Assembly (NCBI GenBank): GCA_963775825.1
Contig: CAVZKY010000035.1
Coordinates: 2,542-66,541, forward strand
Reading direction: 5' to 3'
Length of the DNA stretch: 64,000 nucleotides
DNA from: an uncultured Actinomycetes bacterium
Lineage (GTDB): Bacteria; Actinomycetota; Actinomycetes; Streptosporangiales; Streptosporangiaceae
The number at the start of each line of letters is the position of its first letter. Positions within the stretch are counted from its first letter, which is position 1. This document shows positions 38,090 to 51,381 of the stretch, in pieces. The position numbers and the translations under genes were made by a program. Under the pieces are notes generated by a model, which was given only the letters and a program-made list of their open reading frames with translations, searched no databases and was not told the origin of the DNA.

Positions 38090-38799
38090 CCAGCGGGATA
38101 GACGACGACCCGCCGGTTTGGCTCCTCGCCTTCGGACTCGCTGCGCAGACCCACGTCGGCGACCGCACCGTGCACGATCTTCCGCTCGAACGGCGTCATG
38201 GCCACGAGCTCCTTGGGAGTACCGGTTCGCTTCACCTCAACGGCGGCATCTCGCCCGACCTCGGTCAGCTCGGCCCGGCGCCGCACGCGGTAGCCGCCGA
38301 CGTCCAGCATGAGCTTGGCTCGTTCACCCGTCTGCCGGTGCACGGCCAGCCGGGTCAGCTCCTGTAGTGCTTCCAGCACCTCGCCGCGCCTGCCGACCAG
38401 CTCATCCAGGGTCGCGCCGACCACCGATACGACCGCCCGGTTGCCCTCGACATCCATGTCGATGTCACCGTCCAGGTCGGCGATGTCCAGCAGCCCCTCG
38501 ACGTAATCGGCAGCAATCTCGCCTTCCTGCTCGAGGTCGGCCGCCTCGGCCAGGGAGTCGTCCGCAAGCTCATCGGGCTCGCCGGTCTGGTCTGACCCAT
38601 TCAGCTCGGTTGCCCCGGGCGAAGCGGTCTCGCCTGGCTCGGCGAAGTCGTCAGCCTCGGTGCCCGCTGCCGTGTCCGCCGATTCGGTGCTCACCATTGC
38701 GCCTCGGTCATCCCCTGGTACGTCGCTTAGCATGTCCTCCGCCTGGCTCGCGGCCTGGCCCCCCAGCGGGGCAGGCCGGTTCCCATCAAAAAACGTCAT
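38086..38799 (-). CDS. jag: Jag/KhpB-type RNA-binding protein (KH + R3H domains) with an acidic N-terminal region
   Basis: IAADYVEGLLD...VGRRGEVLEALQELTRLAV (KH). MTPFERKIVHGAV...SESEGEEPNRRVVVYP (R3H). ATGA overlaps with both yidC and rsmG. Confidence 0.85.
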   Translation of the reverse strand: MTFFDGNRPAPLGGQAASQAEDMLSDVPGDDRGAMVSTESADTAAGTEADDFAEPGETASPGATELNGSDQTGEPDELADDSLAEAADLEQEGEIAADYVEGLLDIADLDGDIDMDVEGNRAVVSVVGATLDELVGRRGEVLEALQELTRLAVHRQTGERAKLMLDVGGYRVRRRAELTEVGRDAAVEVKRTGTPKELVAMTPFERKIVHGAVADVGLRSESEGEEPNRRVVVYPAG

Positions 38800-40187
38800 C
38801 GTTTGCCGGAACGCTTACTGCGCGACTGCCGGACCGGCTGCTGCCTGACGAGCCTAGCGGCCGGGACTTCCGGCTCGGGCTCAGGCTCAGATTTGCCTCT
38901 CACCAGCTTGGCGAGGCCGCGACGTTCCGTGCCGTTCGGCGCCGGGTCGGAGCTCTTGGCCGCCTGCGCATGGGTCGGCGGCGGCGGCGATCCCGCCGCA
39001 CGCGGCTGCGCAGAACGCGGGCGCTGGCCGTCCCCGCCCTTCCCCGCGGGTTTGACGGCAGCGGCCGGAACGGGATTCTCCGACGTTCCTTTCGCCGTCG
39101 CGCCGGCACTGCTCTTGGCCGGCGCGCGTGCTGCCGAAGGTGCGGTCGCGGTGTCCCGGGACCCGGAGTTCTTGGCGGCAGCAGCGGAGCTCTTCGCCGC
39201 GGACGTCCTGGCCGGAGCGCTCCTACCGGCCGGAGCGGTCTTGGCGGTCGTGACCTTCCCGGCCGCAGCCTTGGGGGCAGATCCAGTCCGGGGGGCAGAT
39301 CCGCGGGCTGGGCTCTTGGCTGCCGCTCCCTTGGACACCGTGGTGCCTGCCGGACCGGAGGAGGTCTTGGCCGCAGGTGCGGTCGCACTTTCCGCGTCTG
39401 CGGCTGCCGTAATCGGCGTGAAGTTGCGGAACAGGATGAACTGCTGACCCAGCGTCCACACGTTTGTCGTCACCCAGTACAGGACCAGACCGAACTGCCA
39501 GTACAGGCCGCTCAGCGCGAACAGCGGCGCGATGTACATCATGTACTTCTGCGAGTTCGCCATCGGGTTGTTCGGATCCTGCCCGACCTGGCCGATGCCG
39601 CGCTTCACGCTCTGCCGCACGGTGAGGAAGGTCGTGGTCGCGCTGATCAGGACGGTGATACCGATGACGATCTTCGCGCTGAGCGGGCCGGGCGCCAAGT
39701 GCCAAGGGGGCAGTGGGGACGTGACGATCCTGTCCGCGATCGTGGCCGAGAGGATGTCGGCATGCCGCGCGCTGTAAACGACGGCAGGGGTCAGCCCGTA
39801 TATGGTCTTGCCCTCGGCGATGGCGCGGAGCACGTTGAACAGCGCGAAGAACACCGGAAGCTGGACCACCAGGGGCAGGCAGCCCGCGAGCGGGTTGGCG
39901 CCGTTCTCCTGGTAGAGCTTCATGACCTCCTGGTTCATGGTCTGCTTGTCGTTCTTGTATTTCTTGCGTAGCGCCGCGACCTGGGGTGCGAGCGCGGCCA
40001 TCTTCCGCTGGGCGTGCATCTGCTTGACGAACAGCGGCACCAGGATCAGCCGCATCAGGACGACCAGAAAGATGATGGACAGCGCCCAGGACCATCCGCT
40101 GTTGTAGCCGAAGGGAACGCTCAGGATCGCATGCAGCCGCACCAGTACCCACGCAACTGCGTCGTAGAAGGGGTTGAGAATCCCCAC
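38796..40187 (-). CDS. yidC: Membrane protein insertase YidC with a 200-aa Ala/Lys/Pro-rich C-terminal tail
   Basis: LMRLILVPLFVKQMHAQRKMAALAPQVAALRKKYKNDKQTMNQEVMKLYQENGANPLAGCLPLVVQLPVFFALF and LVLYWVTTNVWTLGQQ. Confidence 0.95.
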   Translation of the reverse strand: MGILNPFYDAVAWVLVRLHAILSVPFGYNSGWSWALSIIFLVVLMRLILVPLFVKQMHAQRKMAALAPQVAALRKKYKNDKQTMNQEVMKLYQENGANPLAGCLPLVVQLPVFFALFNVLRAIAEGKTIYGLTPAVVYSARHADILSATIADRIVTSPLPPWHLAPGPLSAKIVIGITVLISATTTFLTVRQSVKRGIGQVGQDPNNPMANSQKYMMYIAPLFALSGLYWQFGLVLYWVTTNVWTLGQQFILFRNFTPITAAADAESATAPAAKTSSGPAGTTVSKGAAAKSPARGSAPRTGSAPKAAAGKVTTAKTAPAGRSAPARTSAAKSSAAAAKNSGSRDTATAPSAARAPAKSSAGATAKGTSENPVPAAAVKPAGKGGDGQRPRSAQPRAAGSPPPPTHAQAAKSSDPAPNGTERRGLAKLVRGKSEPEPEPEVPAARLVRQQPVRQSRSKRSGKR

Positions 40188-40190
40188 GTG

Positions 40191-40544
40191 CTAGCTCCCT
40201 TGCGTTTCTGTGGATAGCGTGCCGGTCCCGTTCAGGGTCCGCTTAGCGCTCCCGTCACGGGGTGGCACGGGATCGTAGCCACCGGGGTGGAACGGATGGC
40301 ACCGGGCGATACGGGCTGTGGCCAGCCAGAGGCCGCGGGCCGCACCGTGAACTCGCAGAGCCTCGAGAGCGTAAGCACTACATGAGGGCTCGAACCGGCA
40401 TCGGGGCGGCAGCAATGGGCTGAGGAACCGCCGGTAGCCACTCACGGCGGCCATGAGCATACGCGTGACAGGCCCCGGCCCCTCTGGAGGAACCGGGATC
40501 ACCGGCAGAGCCAAGTCGGTCCGGCCGTCCTGTTCTGCGGTCAT
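40191..40544 (-). CDS. yidD: Membrane protein insertion efficiency factor YidD
   Basis: [58 protein letters not shown]. Confidence 0.9.
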   Translation of the reverse strand: MTAEQDGRTDLALPVIPVPPEGPGPVTRMLMAAVSGYRRFLSPLLPPRCRFEPSCSAYALEALRVHGAARGLWLATARIARCHPFHPGGYDPVPPRDGSAKRTLNGTGTLSTETQGS

Positions 40545-40906
40545 GTGCGATGCACCGCCCCAACCTGCCGCCGCAGCAACCTGCTCATCACCAGTTCCAG
40601 ATCGGCGGCCAGATCCGCCTGGTGTGCGGCCGCGGCCGGAGGATTGGCGCGGACCACAAGCAGGCTACCTGCAGGGAGCGCGCCAAGATACCCGCGCACG
40701 AGCACACGGAGACGACGTCTCACCCGGTTGCGCACCACCGCGGTGCCAACCGCGCGACTGACTACAAATCCTACCCTGGCCGGTTGACCGCAAGGACGCC
40801 GCGCGAGAAGGTGACCCGTGAGGTTGGGGCGCCCGGCGCGGTCGCCCCGGCGCACCGCGAGGGTGAAGTCGGCGCGGTGCCGCATCCTGGATTCACTGGG
40901 AAGCAC
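40541..40906 (-). CDS. rnpA: Ribonuclease P protein component
   Basis: [15 protein letters not shown]...[24 protein letters not shown] contains the RNR motif. It lies between rpmH and yidD. Confidence 0.9.
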   Translation of the reverse strand: MLPSESRMRHRADFTLAVRRGDRAGRPNLTGHLLARRPCGQPARVGFVVSRAVGTAVVRNRVRRRLRVLVRGYLGALPAGSLLVVRANPPAAAAHQADLAADLELVMSRLLRRQVGAVHRT

Positions 40907-40947
40907 GTCCGGGCATCCTGTGGCCGCTGAAGCGGCACCGGAAACCG

Positions 40948-41085
40948 TCAGGCGCTGAGGCGGCCGCGGCCCTTGTGGCGACGTGCCGCGAGGACGGCAC
41001 GGCCAGCACGGGTGCGCATGCGCAGCCGGAAACCGTGGGTCTTCGCCCTGCGGCGGTTGTTCGGCTGGAACGTGCGCTTACTCAC
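40948..41085 (-). CDS. rpmH: 50S ribosomal protein L34
   Basis: (V)[47 protein letters not shown] 41085 lies 6 nt after GGAG. Confidence 0.95.
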   Translation of the reverse strand: MSKRTFQPNNRRRAKTHGFRLRMRTRAGRAVLAARRHKGRGRLSA

Positions 41086-41344
41086 CGGAGCTCCAGATGG
41101 GTTGATCGTCAGAAAGGGGAAACCGTCACCCGACATTGGCGCAGACGTGCGGTAACGCCGCCGTAGGTGTTCAGCCTATGCACGGTAGCCGTCCACCGGA
41201 GCAGCGTCAAACCGGCATGCTATTCCCCCAGCGGCCGGGTGGCCACGCCGGTCCTATGGGCTCAGCACGCCGCCGTGCGTTCGCCGTGGGGCCATACTGG
41301 AAGACTGCCGTTCATCGGGCACGTCTCCGGCGGACGGCCTAGGC

Positions 41345-41468
41345 TGTGGACAACCGCGGAACGGCTGCGTAGTCCGGCGGAAAACCCCGTTTACGCTCGC
41401 AGGATGTGGTGGTGACGGGGCGCAGCGGGACTGCTACGTGCACAACCTGTGGACAGACCTGTGGAACA
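41345..41468. promoter_or_regulatory. DnaA boxes in the rpmH-dnaA intergenic region (dnaA promoter / left part of oriC)
   Basis: TGTGGACAA at 41345-41353 is the perfect reverse complement of TTGTCCACA. TGTGGACAG lies at 41448-41456 and TGTGGAACA at 41460-41468. Confidence 0.7.
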
Positions 41469-41494
41469 CATAGGGCGCGCGAGGGGAGCGAGCG

Positions 41495-43228
41495 GTGAGT
41501 GAAACAGACCTCGCGGATGTATGGGCGCGTTCCCTGGACGGCCTGGCCGACCTGCAGATCAAACCGCACCAGCGGGCCTGGCTCAAGCTGACCAGGCCGC
41601 TCGGGCTGGTCGAAAATACCGCACTGATCGCGACCCCTAACGAGTTCGTCAAGGAGCAGCTCGAGACCAAGCTCCGCGCCCTCGTCACGCACGCCTTGTC
41701 GGCCGAGCTCGGCCGGACCATCCAGCTCGCGGTGACCGTCGATCCGGTATCAGCGGCCGCCCCGGTATCACCCGACTTCACCGTCGCGGAGGCCGGCCTG
41801 CGTGACCTCGAGGCTCCGCCGGGGGGCCTGGCGTACGAGGACGCGGCTCAGGGCGGATCGACGCGTGGCGGGCGGCCAGCGGACACCGGCGAGCGGCCGG
41901 TGCTGCCCGGCCCACCTCCTGCGGCCGGTGCCGCGGGCACGCCTGCACAGGGCAGGATGGGTCCCGCCCCGCTGGCGGCCGACGGCACGCGCCTGATGCC
42001 CCGCCCGGCCCCGTCGGTGTTTCCTGACAGGTTTCCTGACAGCAATTACCGCGATCCAGGGGCCGACAGCCCGGGCGACCGTGGCCTGCCCGACGGAGAC
42101 TCCGGGGCCGACGCGACCGGTCAGGCGGCGGCAGTGGCCCGGCACGAACCGCACCCGGGGCCGGTGCCCTACGCGGTGCCCAGGCCGGCCGGGGCCCGGC
42201 TCAATCCGAAGTACACCTTCGAGACGTTCGTCATTGGATCAAGCAACCGCTTCGCCCACGCGGCAGCCGTCGCGGTCGCCGAGGCGCCCGCCAAGGCCTA
42301 CAACCCGCTGTTCGTCTACGGCGACTCCGGGCTGGGCAAGACGCACCTGCTGCATGCCATCGGCCATTACGCCCAGACTCTGTATACCGGGGTCAAGGTC
42401 AGGTACGTGAGCTCGGAGGAGTTCACCAATGACTTCATCAACATGATCCGCGACGGCAAGCAGGACGGGTTCCGGCGCCGGTACCGCGATGTGGATGTGC
42501 TGCTGGTCGACGACATCCAGTTCCTGGAGAATAAAGAAGGCACGCAGGAGGAGTTCTTCCACACCTTCAACACCCTCCACAACGCGAGCAAGCAGATTGT
42601 CATCTCGAGCGACCGGGCCCCGAAGCGGCTCGTGACCCTGGAGGACCGGCTGCGCAGCCGGTTCGAGTGGGGATTGCTGACCGATGTCCAGCCGCCGGAA
42701 CTGGAGACGCGGATCGCGATCCTCCGCCGCAAGGCCATCCAGGAAGGACTCAACGCGCCGCCGGAGGTCCTCGAGTACATCGCCAGCCGGATATCCACCA
42801 ATATCCGTGAGCTGGAGGGGGCGCTCATCCGCGTCACCGCGTTCGCCAGCCTGAACCGGCAGTCGGTTGACCTTCAGCTCGCCGAGATAGTCCTCAAGGA
42901 CCTCATCCCGGAGGCGCAGGGCCCGCAGATCACCATCGCCACCATCATGGGGCAGACAGCCTCGTACTTCGGCCTGTCGATGGAGGATCTCAGCGGCACG
43001 TCGCGGTCGCGGGTCCTGGTCACCGCGCGCCACATCGCCATGTACCTGTGCCGGGAGCTGACCGATCTGTCGCTGCCTAAGATCGGCCAGCAGTTCGGCG
43101 GCCGGGACCACACCACCGTGATGAACGCCGATCGCAAGATCCGTGGCCTCATGCGGGAACGCCGTTCCATCTACAACCAGGTCACGGAGCTGACCAACCG
43201 GATCAAACAGCAAGCGCGGACCGGCTGA
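41495..43228 (+). CDS. dnaA: Chromosomal replication initiator protein DnaA
   Basis: [48 protein letters not shown] (Walker A), [23 protein letters not shown] and the DNA-binding end [15 protein letters not shown]. The domain II linker is Pro-rich. Confidence 0.97.
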   Translation: MSETDLADVWARSLDGLADLQIKPHQRAWLKLTRPLGLVENTALIATPNEFVKEQLETKLRALVTHALSAELGRTIQLAVTVDPVSAAAPVSPDFTVAEAGLRDLEAPPGGLAYEDAAQGGSTRGGRPADTGERPVLPGPPPAAGAAGTPAQGRMGPAPLAADGTRLMPRPAPSVFPDRFPDSNYRDPGADSPGDRGLPDGDSGADATGQAAAVARHEPHPGPVPYAVPRPAGARLNPKYTFETFVIGSSNRFAHAAAVAVAEAPAKAYNPLFVYGDSGLGKTHLLHAIGHYAQTLYTGVKVRYVSSEEFTNDFINMIRDGKQDGFRRRYRDVDVLLVDDIQFLENKEGTQEEFFHTFNTLHNASKQIVISSDRAPKRLVTLEDRLRSRFEWGLLTDVQPPELETRIAILRRKAIQEGLNAPPEVLEYIASRISTNIRELEGALIRVTAFASLNRQSVDLQLAEIVLKDLIPEAQGPQITIATIMGQTASYFGLSMEDLSGTSRSRVLVTARHIAMYLCRELTDLSLPKIGQQFGGRDHTTVMNADRKIRGLMRERRSIYNQVTELTNRIKQQARTG

Positions 43229-43675
43229 GCGGCCACCTGAGCGGCTTCCGGACCATCGGGTAAATCAACATGCTTCACTTTGATGTCACTGGGTAGCGAC
43301 AGGCGTCGACAGCCTCTTTGCGCACAGCTTGTGGAAAACATTGTGGACGACAGATGGAGAGTGGGGGACAACCAGTGGGAAGTAGCTGGCCCGGCATTGC
43401 CAGGCCACAGCAGGCCCATCTTCATCCCACCCGCGGGCACAGTTCCTGTGGACAAAATCCTGCCGGTGACCTGCGGAGATAGAGCTTCTCCCCAGCATCC
43501 ACCGAACCTATGACTATGACGGTTCTCTAACTAGAAAGAAAACAAAACCAAGTAGGTGCCCGGGGATGTGCACAGGACAGCCTCGCCGCCCCTATACCCG
43601 TAGGCTCGCTGCTACTAAACACGGCGGGCCCAAGCGTCTATCGATGTGAGAAACTCGGTGCAGGAGGCAGTTCCC
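43229..43675. other. oriC core (dnaA-dnaN intergenic): DnaA-box cluster plus AT-rich unwinding candidate
   Basis: Boxes, all in the same orientation: TGTGGAAAA at 43330-43338, TGTGGACGA at 43342-43350, a degenerate box at 43362-43371, the perfect TGTGGACAA at 43447-43455, and TGTGCACAG at 43567-43575. The lowest-GC stretch of the window is 43509-43556 (ctaactagaaagaaaacaaaaccaag). Confidence 0.8.
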
Positions 43676-44809
43676 GTGAAGTTCCAGGTCGAGCGAGACG
43701 TACTCGCTGACGCCGTCGCCTGGACGGCCCGCGCCTTGCCCGCCCGCCCGGCCGTTCCGGTGCTGGCCGGCATGCACCTGGCGGCCGCCCAGCAGCTGAC
43801 TCTGTCCACGTTCGACTACGAGGTCTCGGCTCAGGCCAGCGTGCCGGTGATCACGGATGAGGAGGGCACGGTGCTGGTTTCCGGCCGGCTCCTGGCTGAG
43901 ATCGTCCGTAGCCTGCCGGCCCGCCCGGTGGAAATGAGCACCGAAGGGACCCGGACCACCCTGAAGTGCGGCAGCGCGGTCTTCACGCTGATGACCCTGC
44001 CCGACGATGAATACCCGACGCTGCCGGGTATGCCTCCGGAGGCCGGGGCGATCGGCGCGGACGTCCTGGCCGCGGCGATCAGCCAGGTGGCCATCGCGGC
44101 GGGCCGCGACGACACACTGCCCGCACTCACCGGGATCCGGATGGAATTCGCCGGGGACACCGTGACCCTCGTCGCCACCGACCGGTACCGGCTCGCGGTC
44201 CGCGAGCTGCACTGGCAGCCGGCCAGGCCAGGCATGTCGGCCGCGGTCCTGGTGCCGGCGCGGGTCCTCGTGGACGCCGCCCGATCGCTGACGACGGCTG
44301 CCGAGGTGTCCATCGCCCTGACCGTGCCCGGCGACGACGGTTCCCAGGGAGAGGGCATCATCGGATTCGACGGGGGCGGCCGGCAGACCACGACGCGGCT
44401 GCTCGGCGGCGAGTATCCGCGGTACCAGACGCTGCTGCCCAGTGAGTTCAACGCCGTCGCGGAGCTTCCCGCCGCACCGTTTGCCGAGGCGGTCAAGCGG
44501 GTGGCCCTGGTGGCCGAGCGGAACACCCCCGTCCGGCTGGCGTTCTCCGCTGGCGAGCTCGTGCTGGAAGCCGGGGCCGGCGACGAGGCCCAGGCGGTGG
44601 AGACCGTCGAGGCCAGCTTCGACGGCGAGGATCTGCAGATCGCCTTCAACCCGCAGTACCTGCTGGACGGGCTGAGCGCCATCGACTCCGACACGGCCCG
44701 GGTCTCTTTCACCACGCCGACCCGGCCGGCGGTGGTCACCGGCAAGCGCGGCGAGGACGGCCCGCCGGACTACCGGTACGTGCTGATGCCCATCCGGTCG
44801 GCGGGTTAG
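43676..44809 (+). CDS. dnaN: DNA polymerase III beta sliding clamp
   Basis: [35 protein letters not shown]...[11 protein letters not shown]...MPIR. GTG 43676 lies 8 nt after AGGAGG. Confidence 0.95.
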   Translation: MKFQVERDVLADAVAWTARALPARPAVPVLAGMHLAAAQQLTLSTFDYEVSAQASVPVITDEEGTVLVSGRLLAEIVRSLPARPVEMSTEGTRTTLKCGSAVFTLMTLPDDEYPTLPGMPPEAGAIGADVLAAAISQVAIAAGRDDTLPALTGIRMEFAGDTVTLVATDRYRLAVRELHWQPARPGMSAAVLVPARVLVDAARSLTTAAEVSIALTVPGDDGSQGEGIIGFDGGGRQTTTRLLGGEYPRYQTLLPSEFNAVAELPAAPFAEAVKRVALVAERNTPVRLAFSAGELVLEAGAGDEAQAVETVEASFDGEDLQIAFNPQYLLDGLSAIDSDTARVSFTTPTRPAVVTGKRGEDGPPDYRYVLMPIRSAG

Positions 44810-44889
44810 CCGGGCAGGATGCCCTGTCCCGGATGCGCGGCTCAGTAGCGGAGCATCGTGCGCCGCTCCCGGCAGTAACCTCTACAGCC

Positions 44890-46092
44890 GTGCACCTAAC
44901 ACGGCTCGCTCTCACCGACTTCAGGTCCTATGCTTCGGCTGACCTGATGCTCGCGCCGGGAGTGACCACGCTGAGCGGGCCGAACGGTGAGGGCAAGACC
45001 AACCTGGCGGAGGCCATCGGCTACGTCGCCACCCTGGGCAGTCACCGGGTCGCGACGGATGGCCCGCTGGTCCGGCAGGGCGCTGACCGGGCCATCCTCC
45101 GGGCCGCTGTCACATCGGCCCAGGGGAACGCCCTGGTCGAGATCGAAGTCAACCCGGGCCGGGCGAATCGGGTACGGCTGAACCGGGCGCCGTTGCCGCG
45201 GCCCCGCGAAATCCTGGGCGTGCTCCGCGCCGTGCTCTTCGCACCGGAGGACCTGGCCCTGGTCAAGGGGGATCCGGGGGAACGGCGGCGATTTCTCGAC
45301 GATCTTCTGGTCGCAACGGCACCCCGTTACGCCGCGGTCCGCTCGGACTACGAACGGGTCGTCCGCCAGCGGACGGCGCTGCTGAAGTCGGCGGCCGCCC
45401 GCATGCCACGAGGCCGGCCCGGCGGCCCAGCAGCCGGGACCCGGCCCGAAGCCATGGCCGCCACCCTCGACGCCTGGGACGACCAGCTCGCCCGGGCCGG
45501 AGCCGAACTTCTCACCGCGCGGCTTTCGCTGGTCCGGGCTCTCCGGCCGCACATAAAGGCGGCCTACGCCGCCGTCTCCGGGGACCGGGGACCGGCCGGC
45601 GTCACCTACCGGTCGTCGTTCCCGCTGGCTGCCCTGGACGGCGCAGCGGGCCACGACGGGGCAGCGGGCCAGGGCGGGGTGGCGGGGAAGAGCACCGGTA
45701 TCGAGGTGGCCATGCGGGAGGCGCTCCAGCAGGCCCGCCCGCAGGAACTGGAGCGCGGAATCTGCCTGATCGGGCCGCATCGCGATGAACTGGAGTTGCG
45801 CGTCGGCGACCTGCCCGCCCGCGGCTACGCCAGCCACGGGGAGTCCTGGTCGCTCGCGCTGGCCCTCCGGCTGGCGGCCTACGAGCTGCTCCGCGTGGAC
45901 GGGGACGACCCGGTACTGATCCTCGATGATGTCTTCGCCGAGCTCGACGCCGGCCGCCGCGACCGGCTGGCCGCGCTGGTGGGCGGGGCCGAGCAGGTGG
46001 TCCTGACCGCTGCGGTTCCCGCCGACGTGCCGGCCGGCCTCACCGGGGCGAGGTACGAGGTCGGCAATGGGAAGATCATCCGTGCCGACTGA
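44890..46092 (+). CDS. recF: DNA replication and repair protein RecF
   Basis: [19 protein letters not shown]...[16 protein letters not shown] (Walker A), [15 protein letters not shown] (signature) and [11 protein letters not shown] (Walker B). Confidence 0.95.
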   Translation: MHLTRLALTDFRSYASADLMLAPGVTTLSGPNGEGKTNLAEAIGYVATLGSHRVATDGPLVRQGADRAILRAAVTSAQGNALVEIEVNPGRANRVRLNRAPLPRPREILGVLRAVLFAPEDLALVKGDPGERRRFLDDLLVATAPRYAAVRSDYERVVRQRTALLKSAAARMPRGRPGGPAAGTRPEAMAATLDAWDDQLARAGAELLTARLSLVRALRPHIKAAYAAVSGDRGPAGVTYRSSFPLAALDGAAGHDGAAGQGGVAGKSTGIEVAMREALQQARPQELERGICLIGPHRDELELRVGDLPARGYASHGESWSLALALRLAAYELLRVDGDDPVLILDDVFAELDAGRRDRLAALVGGAEQVVLTAAVPADVPAGLTGARYEVGNGKIIRAD

Positions 46093-46640
46093 CGCCGATC
46101 CGGCTCTGGTGCCTCATGCAGAACGGCTCCGCCGCGCGGCCGCCGCGCTGGCCGACGTCACCGCCGACGCCCGGGCGCGGGGGGACTGGCCCGCCACGGG
46201 GCGCCCGGGTGCCGCGGGCCAGGGCGCAGAGGCAGCCGCCGGCCAGCTGCCGGGTGACGCTTCCTCCCGCCCGCGCCGGGCGCGCCGGGACGACCCCCAG
46301 CCGCTCGCCGCTGCCATCGGCGGCCTGCTGTCCGACCAGGGCTGGAAGGAACAAGCCGCGGTCGGTTCGGTGTTTAGTAACTGGGCCCAAATTGTGGGGC
46401 CCGACCTCGCCGCCCACACTCGCCCGGACGGCTTTGCCGACGGCGAGCTCGCGGTCGCGGCCGACTCCACCGCGTGGGCCACGCAGGTCAGGCTGCTCGC
46501 ATCAGCGCTGGTCCGCAGGCTCAATTCCGAGCTAGGTGAGGGCACCGTCCGCCGGGTCAAGGTCAGGGCCGGCCGGCCCCCGGCAGCGTGGCGGATGGCG
46601 GGTCCCAGGAAGCCGGGGACACGGCGACACGTACGGCTAG
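46067..46640 (+). CDS. dciA: DUF721 protein (DciA-type helicase-loading factor, Rv0004-like); apparent frameshift about 46613
   Basis: [61 protein letters not shown]. The family's conserved ...GDTYG* ending appears only after a +1 shift (aag-c-cgg; [11 protein letters not shown] 46638-46640). Confidence 0.7.
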
Positions 46641-46743
46641 GAACGCCCGTGTCACACCGAATTCCCAGCTAGAATAGGGGGTACGCGCACACTACGGCAC
46701 CGGGGGGTGTCTCGCGCGCGCTTCATCAGGATGGAGTTCCCAC

Positions 46744-48703
<1,960 letters not shown>

Positions 48704-48771
48704 CCGTTCACGGCGCATTCACTGAGGGCCGCGTGAACAGCGCAGCCTTACCGAAGAAACAAGGACGTTTA

Positions 48772-51321
48772 GTGACTGACGTGACAACCGAGGGCACACC
48801 GCCACCGGAGCATGACCGGACCGAGCCGGTCGACATCGAATTCGAGATGCAGCGCAGCTACATCGACTATGCGATGTCGGTCATCGTCGGCCGGGCGCTC
48901 CCGGACGTGCGGGACGGCCTGAAGCCGGTGCACACGCGCGTCCTGTACGCGATGTACGACGGCGGCTACCGGCCCGACCGCGGGTACTCCAAGTGCTCCC
49001 GCGTGGTCGGCGACGTCATGGGCCAGTACCACCCGCACGGCGACAGCGCCATCTACGACGCGCTGGTCCGCCTCGGCCAGGACTGGTCGATGCGCTACCC
49101 CCTCATCGACAGCCAGGGCAACTTCGGGTCGCCCGGGAACGACCCGCCCGCCGCCATGCGGTACACCGAGTGCCGCCTGGCGCCGCTGGCCATGGAGATG
49201 CTGCGGGACATCGACAAGGAGACCGTCGATTTCCGGCCGAACTACGATGGCCGGTCCGCCGAGCCCGTGGTGCTGCCCGCCCGGTTTCCGAACCTGCTCG
49301 TCAACGGGTCCGAGGGCATCGCTGTCGGCATGGCCACTAAGATCCCGCCGCACAACCTCCGCGAGGTCGCCGAGGGGGTCAGGTGGTACCTGGAGAACTT
49401 CGACGCCTCCGATGAGGACCTGCTCGAGGCGCTGATCCAGCGGATCAAGGGCCCCGACTTCCCCACCCGCGGGCTGATCGTCGGCCGCCGCGGTATCCAG
49501 GAGGCCTACCGGACCGGGCGCGGCTCGATCACCATGCGCGCGGTCGTCGAGGTCGAGGAGGACCAGCGGGGGCGCGCGTGCCTGGTCGCCACCGAGCTCC
49601 CGTTCCAGGTCAACCCCGACAATCTGGCGCAGAAGATCGCCGAGCTGCACAAGGACGGCCGGGTCACCGGTATCGCGGACATCCGGGATGAGACGAGCCT
49701 GCGCACCGGGCAGCGTCTCGTCATCGTGCTGAAGCGGGACGCGATCCCGAAGGTCGTGCTGAACAACCTGTACAAGCACACCCAGCTCCAGGACACCTTC
49801 GGCGCCAACATGATGGCCCTGGTCGACAGCGTGCCGCGGACGCTGCGGCTGGACCAGTTCATCAGGTACTGGGTCGCGCACCAGATCGAGGTCATCATCC
49901 GGCGGACCCGGTACCTGCTGCGTAAGGCGCAGGAGCGGGCGCACATCCTGAGCGCGCTGCTGAAGGCGATCGACCGTATCAACGAGGTCATCGCGCTCAT
50001 CCGGGCCAGCGCCTCGGCTGCCGCGGCGCAGCAGGGCCTGATGGGCATGCTGGAGATCGACGAGATCCAGGCCCGTGCCATCCTGGATATGCAGCTGCGT
50101 AAACTGGCCGCCCTCGAACGGCAGGAGCTCGTCGAGGAGTACGACGGCCTGATGACCAAGATCGCCGACTACGAGGATATCCTGGCCTCGCCGGTCCGGC
50201 AGCGGACGATCGTCGGCGATGAGCTGGCCGAGATCGTCGAGCGCTACGGCGACGAGCGCCAGACCGAGGTCATCGCCTACGACGGGGACGTCACCGACGA
50301 GGACCTGATCGCCGAAGAGGACGTCGTCGTCACGATCACCAACGGCGGCTACGCCAAGCGCACCAAGACCGACCTGTACCGGGCCCAGCGCCGGGGCGGC
50401 AAGGGCGTTCGCGGCGCGCAGCTTCGCACCGACGACATCGTGGACCACTTCTTCGTCACCACGACGCATCATTGGATCTTGTTCTTCACGAACAAGGGCC
50501 GGGTGTACCGCGCCAAGGCGTACGAGCTGCCGGAAGCGGCGCGTGACGCCCGCGGCCAGCACGTGGCCAACCTGCTGGCCTTCCAGCCGGACGAGACGAT
50601 CGCCGAGGTCCTCGCGCTCCGGGACTACCAGGTGGCTCCCTATCTGGTCCTGGCCACCAAGACCGGCCTGGTCAAGAAGTCGCGCCTGACCGACTTTGAT
50701 TCACCGCGCTCGGGCGGCATCATCGCCATCAACCTGCGCGACGACGACGAGGTCATAGCCGCCCGGCTGGTCGCGCCAGAAGAAGACCTGCTGCTGGTCA
50801 GCAGCAAGGCGCAGGCCCTGCGTTTCCAGGCCAGTGACGAGTCTCTGCGCCCGATGGGGCGAGCTACCTCCGGCGTCATCGGCATGCGATTCGCCGATGG
50901 GGATGAACTGCTCGACATGTACGTCGTCCGGGATGATGAGGACGTCCTGGTCGCTACAGAGGGCGGCTACGCAAAACGAACACCGGCCGATCAGTATCCT
51001 GTGAAGAACCGTGGCGGCATGGGTGTCGTTACGGCGAGGATAGTGGAAACGCGCGGGCGGCTCGTGGGCGCCCTGATGGTTCGCCCGGACGATGAGATTT
51101 TTGCCATCACGTCCGCGGGCGGCGTCATCAGGACGCGAGCCGGTGAGGTCAAGCGATCTGGCCGGCAGACTATGGGTGTCCGGCTGATGAACCTCGCGTC
51201 TGGGGACAGCGTGGTCGGGCTCGCGCGCAACGCCGAGTCGCTTGACGCGGCCGACGATGACCAGCCCGACGGCGACGCCGAGCCGCTAGCCGAAGGCGGC
51301 GACGGAGCCAGCGGGGAGTGA
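48772..51321 (+). CDS. gyrA: DNA gyrase subunit A
   Basis: [64 protein letters not shown] and [10 protein letters not shown] (catalytic Tyr), followed by C-terminal beta-pinwheel repeats. GTG 48772. Confidence 0.97.
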   Translation: MTDVTTEGTPPPEHDRTEPVDIEFEMQRSYIDYAMSVIVGRALPDVRDGLKPVHTRVLYAMYDGGYRPDRGYSKCSRVVGDVMGQYHPHGDSAIYDALVRLGQDWSMRYPLIDSQGNFGSPGNDPPAAMRYTECRLAPLAMEMLRDIDKETVDFRPNYDGRSAEPVVLPARFPNLLVNGSEGIAVGMATKIPPHNLREVAEGVRWYLENFDASDEDLLEALIQRIKGPDFPTRGLIVGRRGIQEAYRTGRGSITMRAVVEVEEDQRGRACLVATELPFQVNPDNLAQKIAELHKDGRVTGIADIRDETSLRTGQRLVIVLKRDAIPKVVLNNLYKHTQLQDTFGANMMALVDSVPRTLRLDQFIRYWVAHQIEVIIRRTRYLLRKAQERAHILSALLKAIDRINEVIALIRASASAAAAQQGLMGMLEIDEIQARAILDMQLRKLAALERQELVEEYDGLMTKIADYEDILASPVRQRTIVGDELAEIVERYGDERQTEVIAYDGDVTDEDLIAEEDVVVTITNGGYAKRTKTDLYRAQRRGGKGVRGAQLRTDDIVDHFFVTTTHHWILFFTNKGRVYRAKAYELPEAARDARGQHVANLLAFQPDETIAEVLALRDYQVAPYLVLATKTGLVKKSRLTDFDSPRSGGIIAINLRDDDEVIAARLVAPEEDLLLVSSKAQALRFQASDESLRPMGRATSGVIGMRFADGDELLDMYVVRDDEDVLVATEGGYAKRTPADQYPVKNRGGMGVVTARIVETRGRLVGALMVRPDDEIFAITSAGGVIRTRAGEVKRSGRQTMGVRLMNLASGDSVVGLARNAESLDAADDDQPDGDAEPLAEGGDGASGE

Positions 51322-51381
51322 CCGGGCAGCGGAAGGACCGCAGTTACTTGGGACGGCTGGGGTGTTCGGGGGTGCGGTCCA

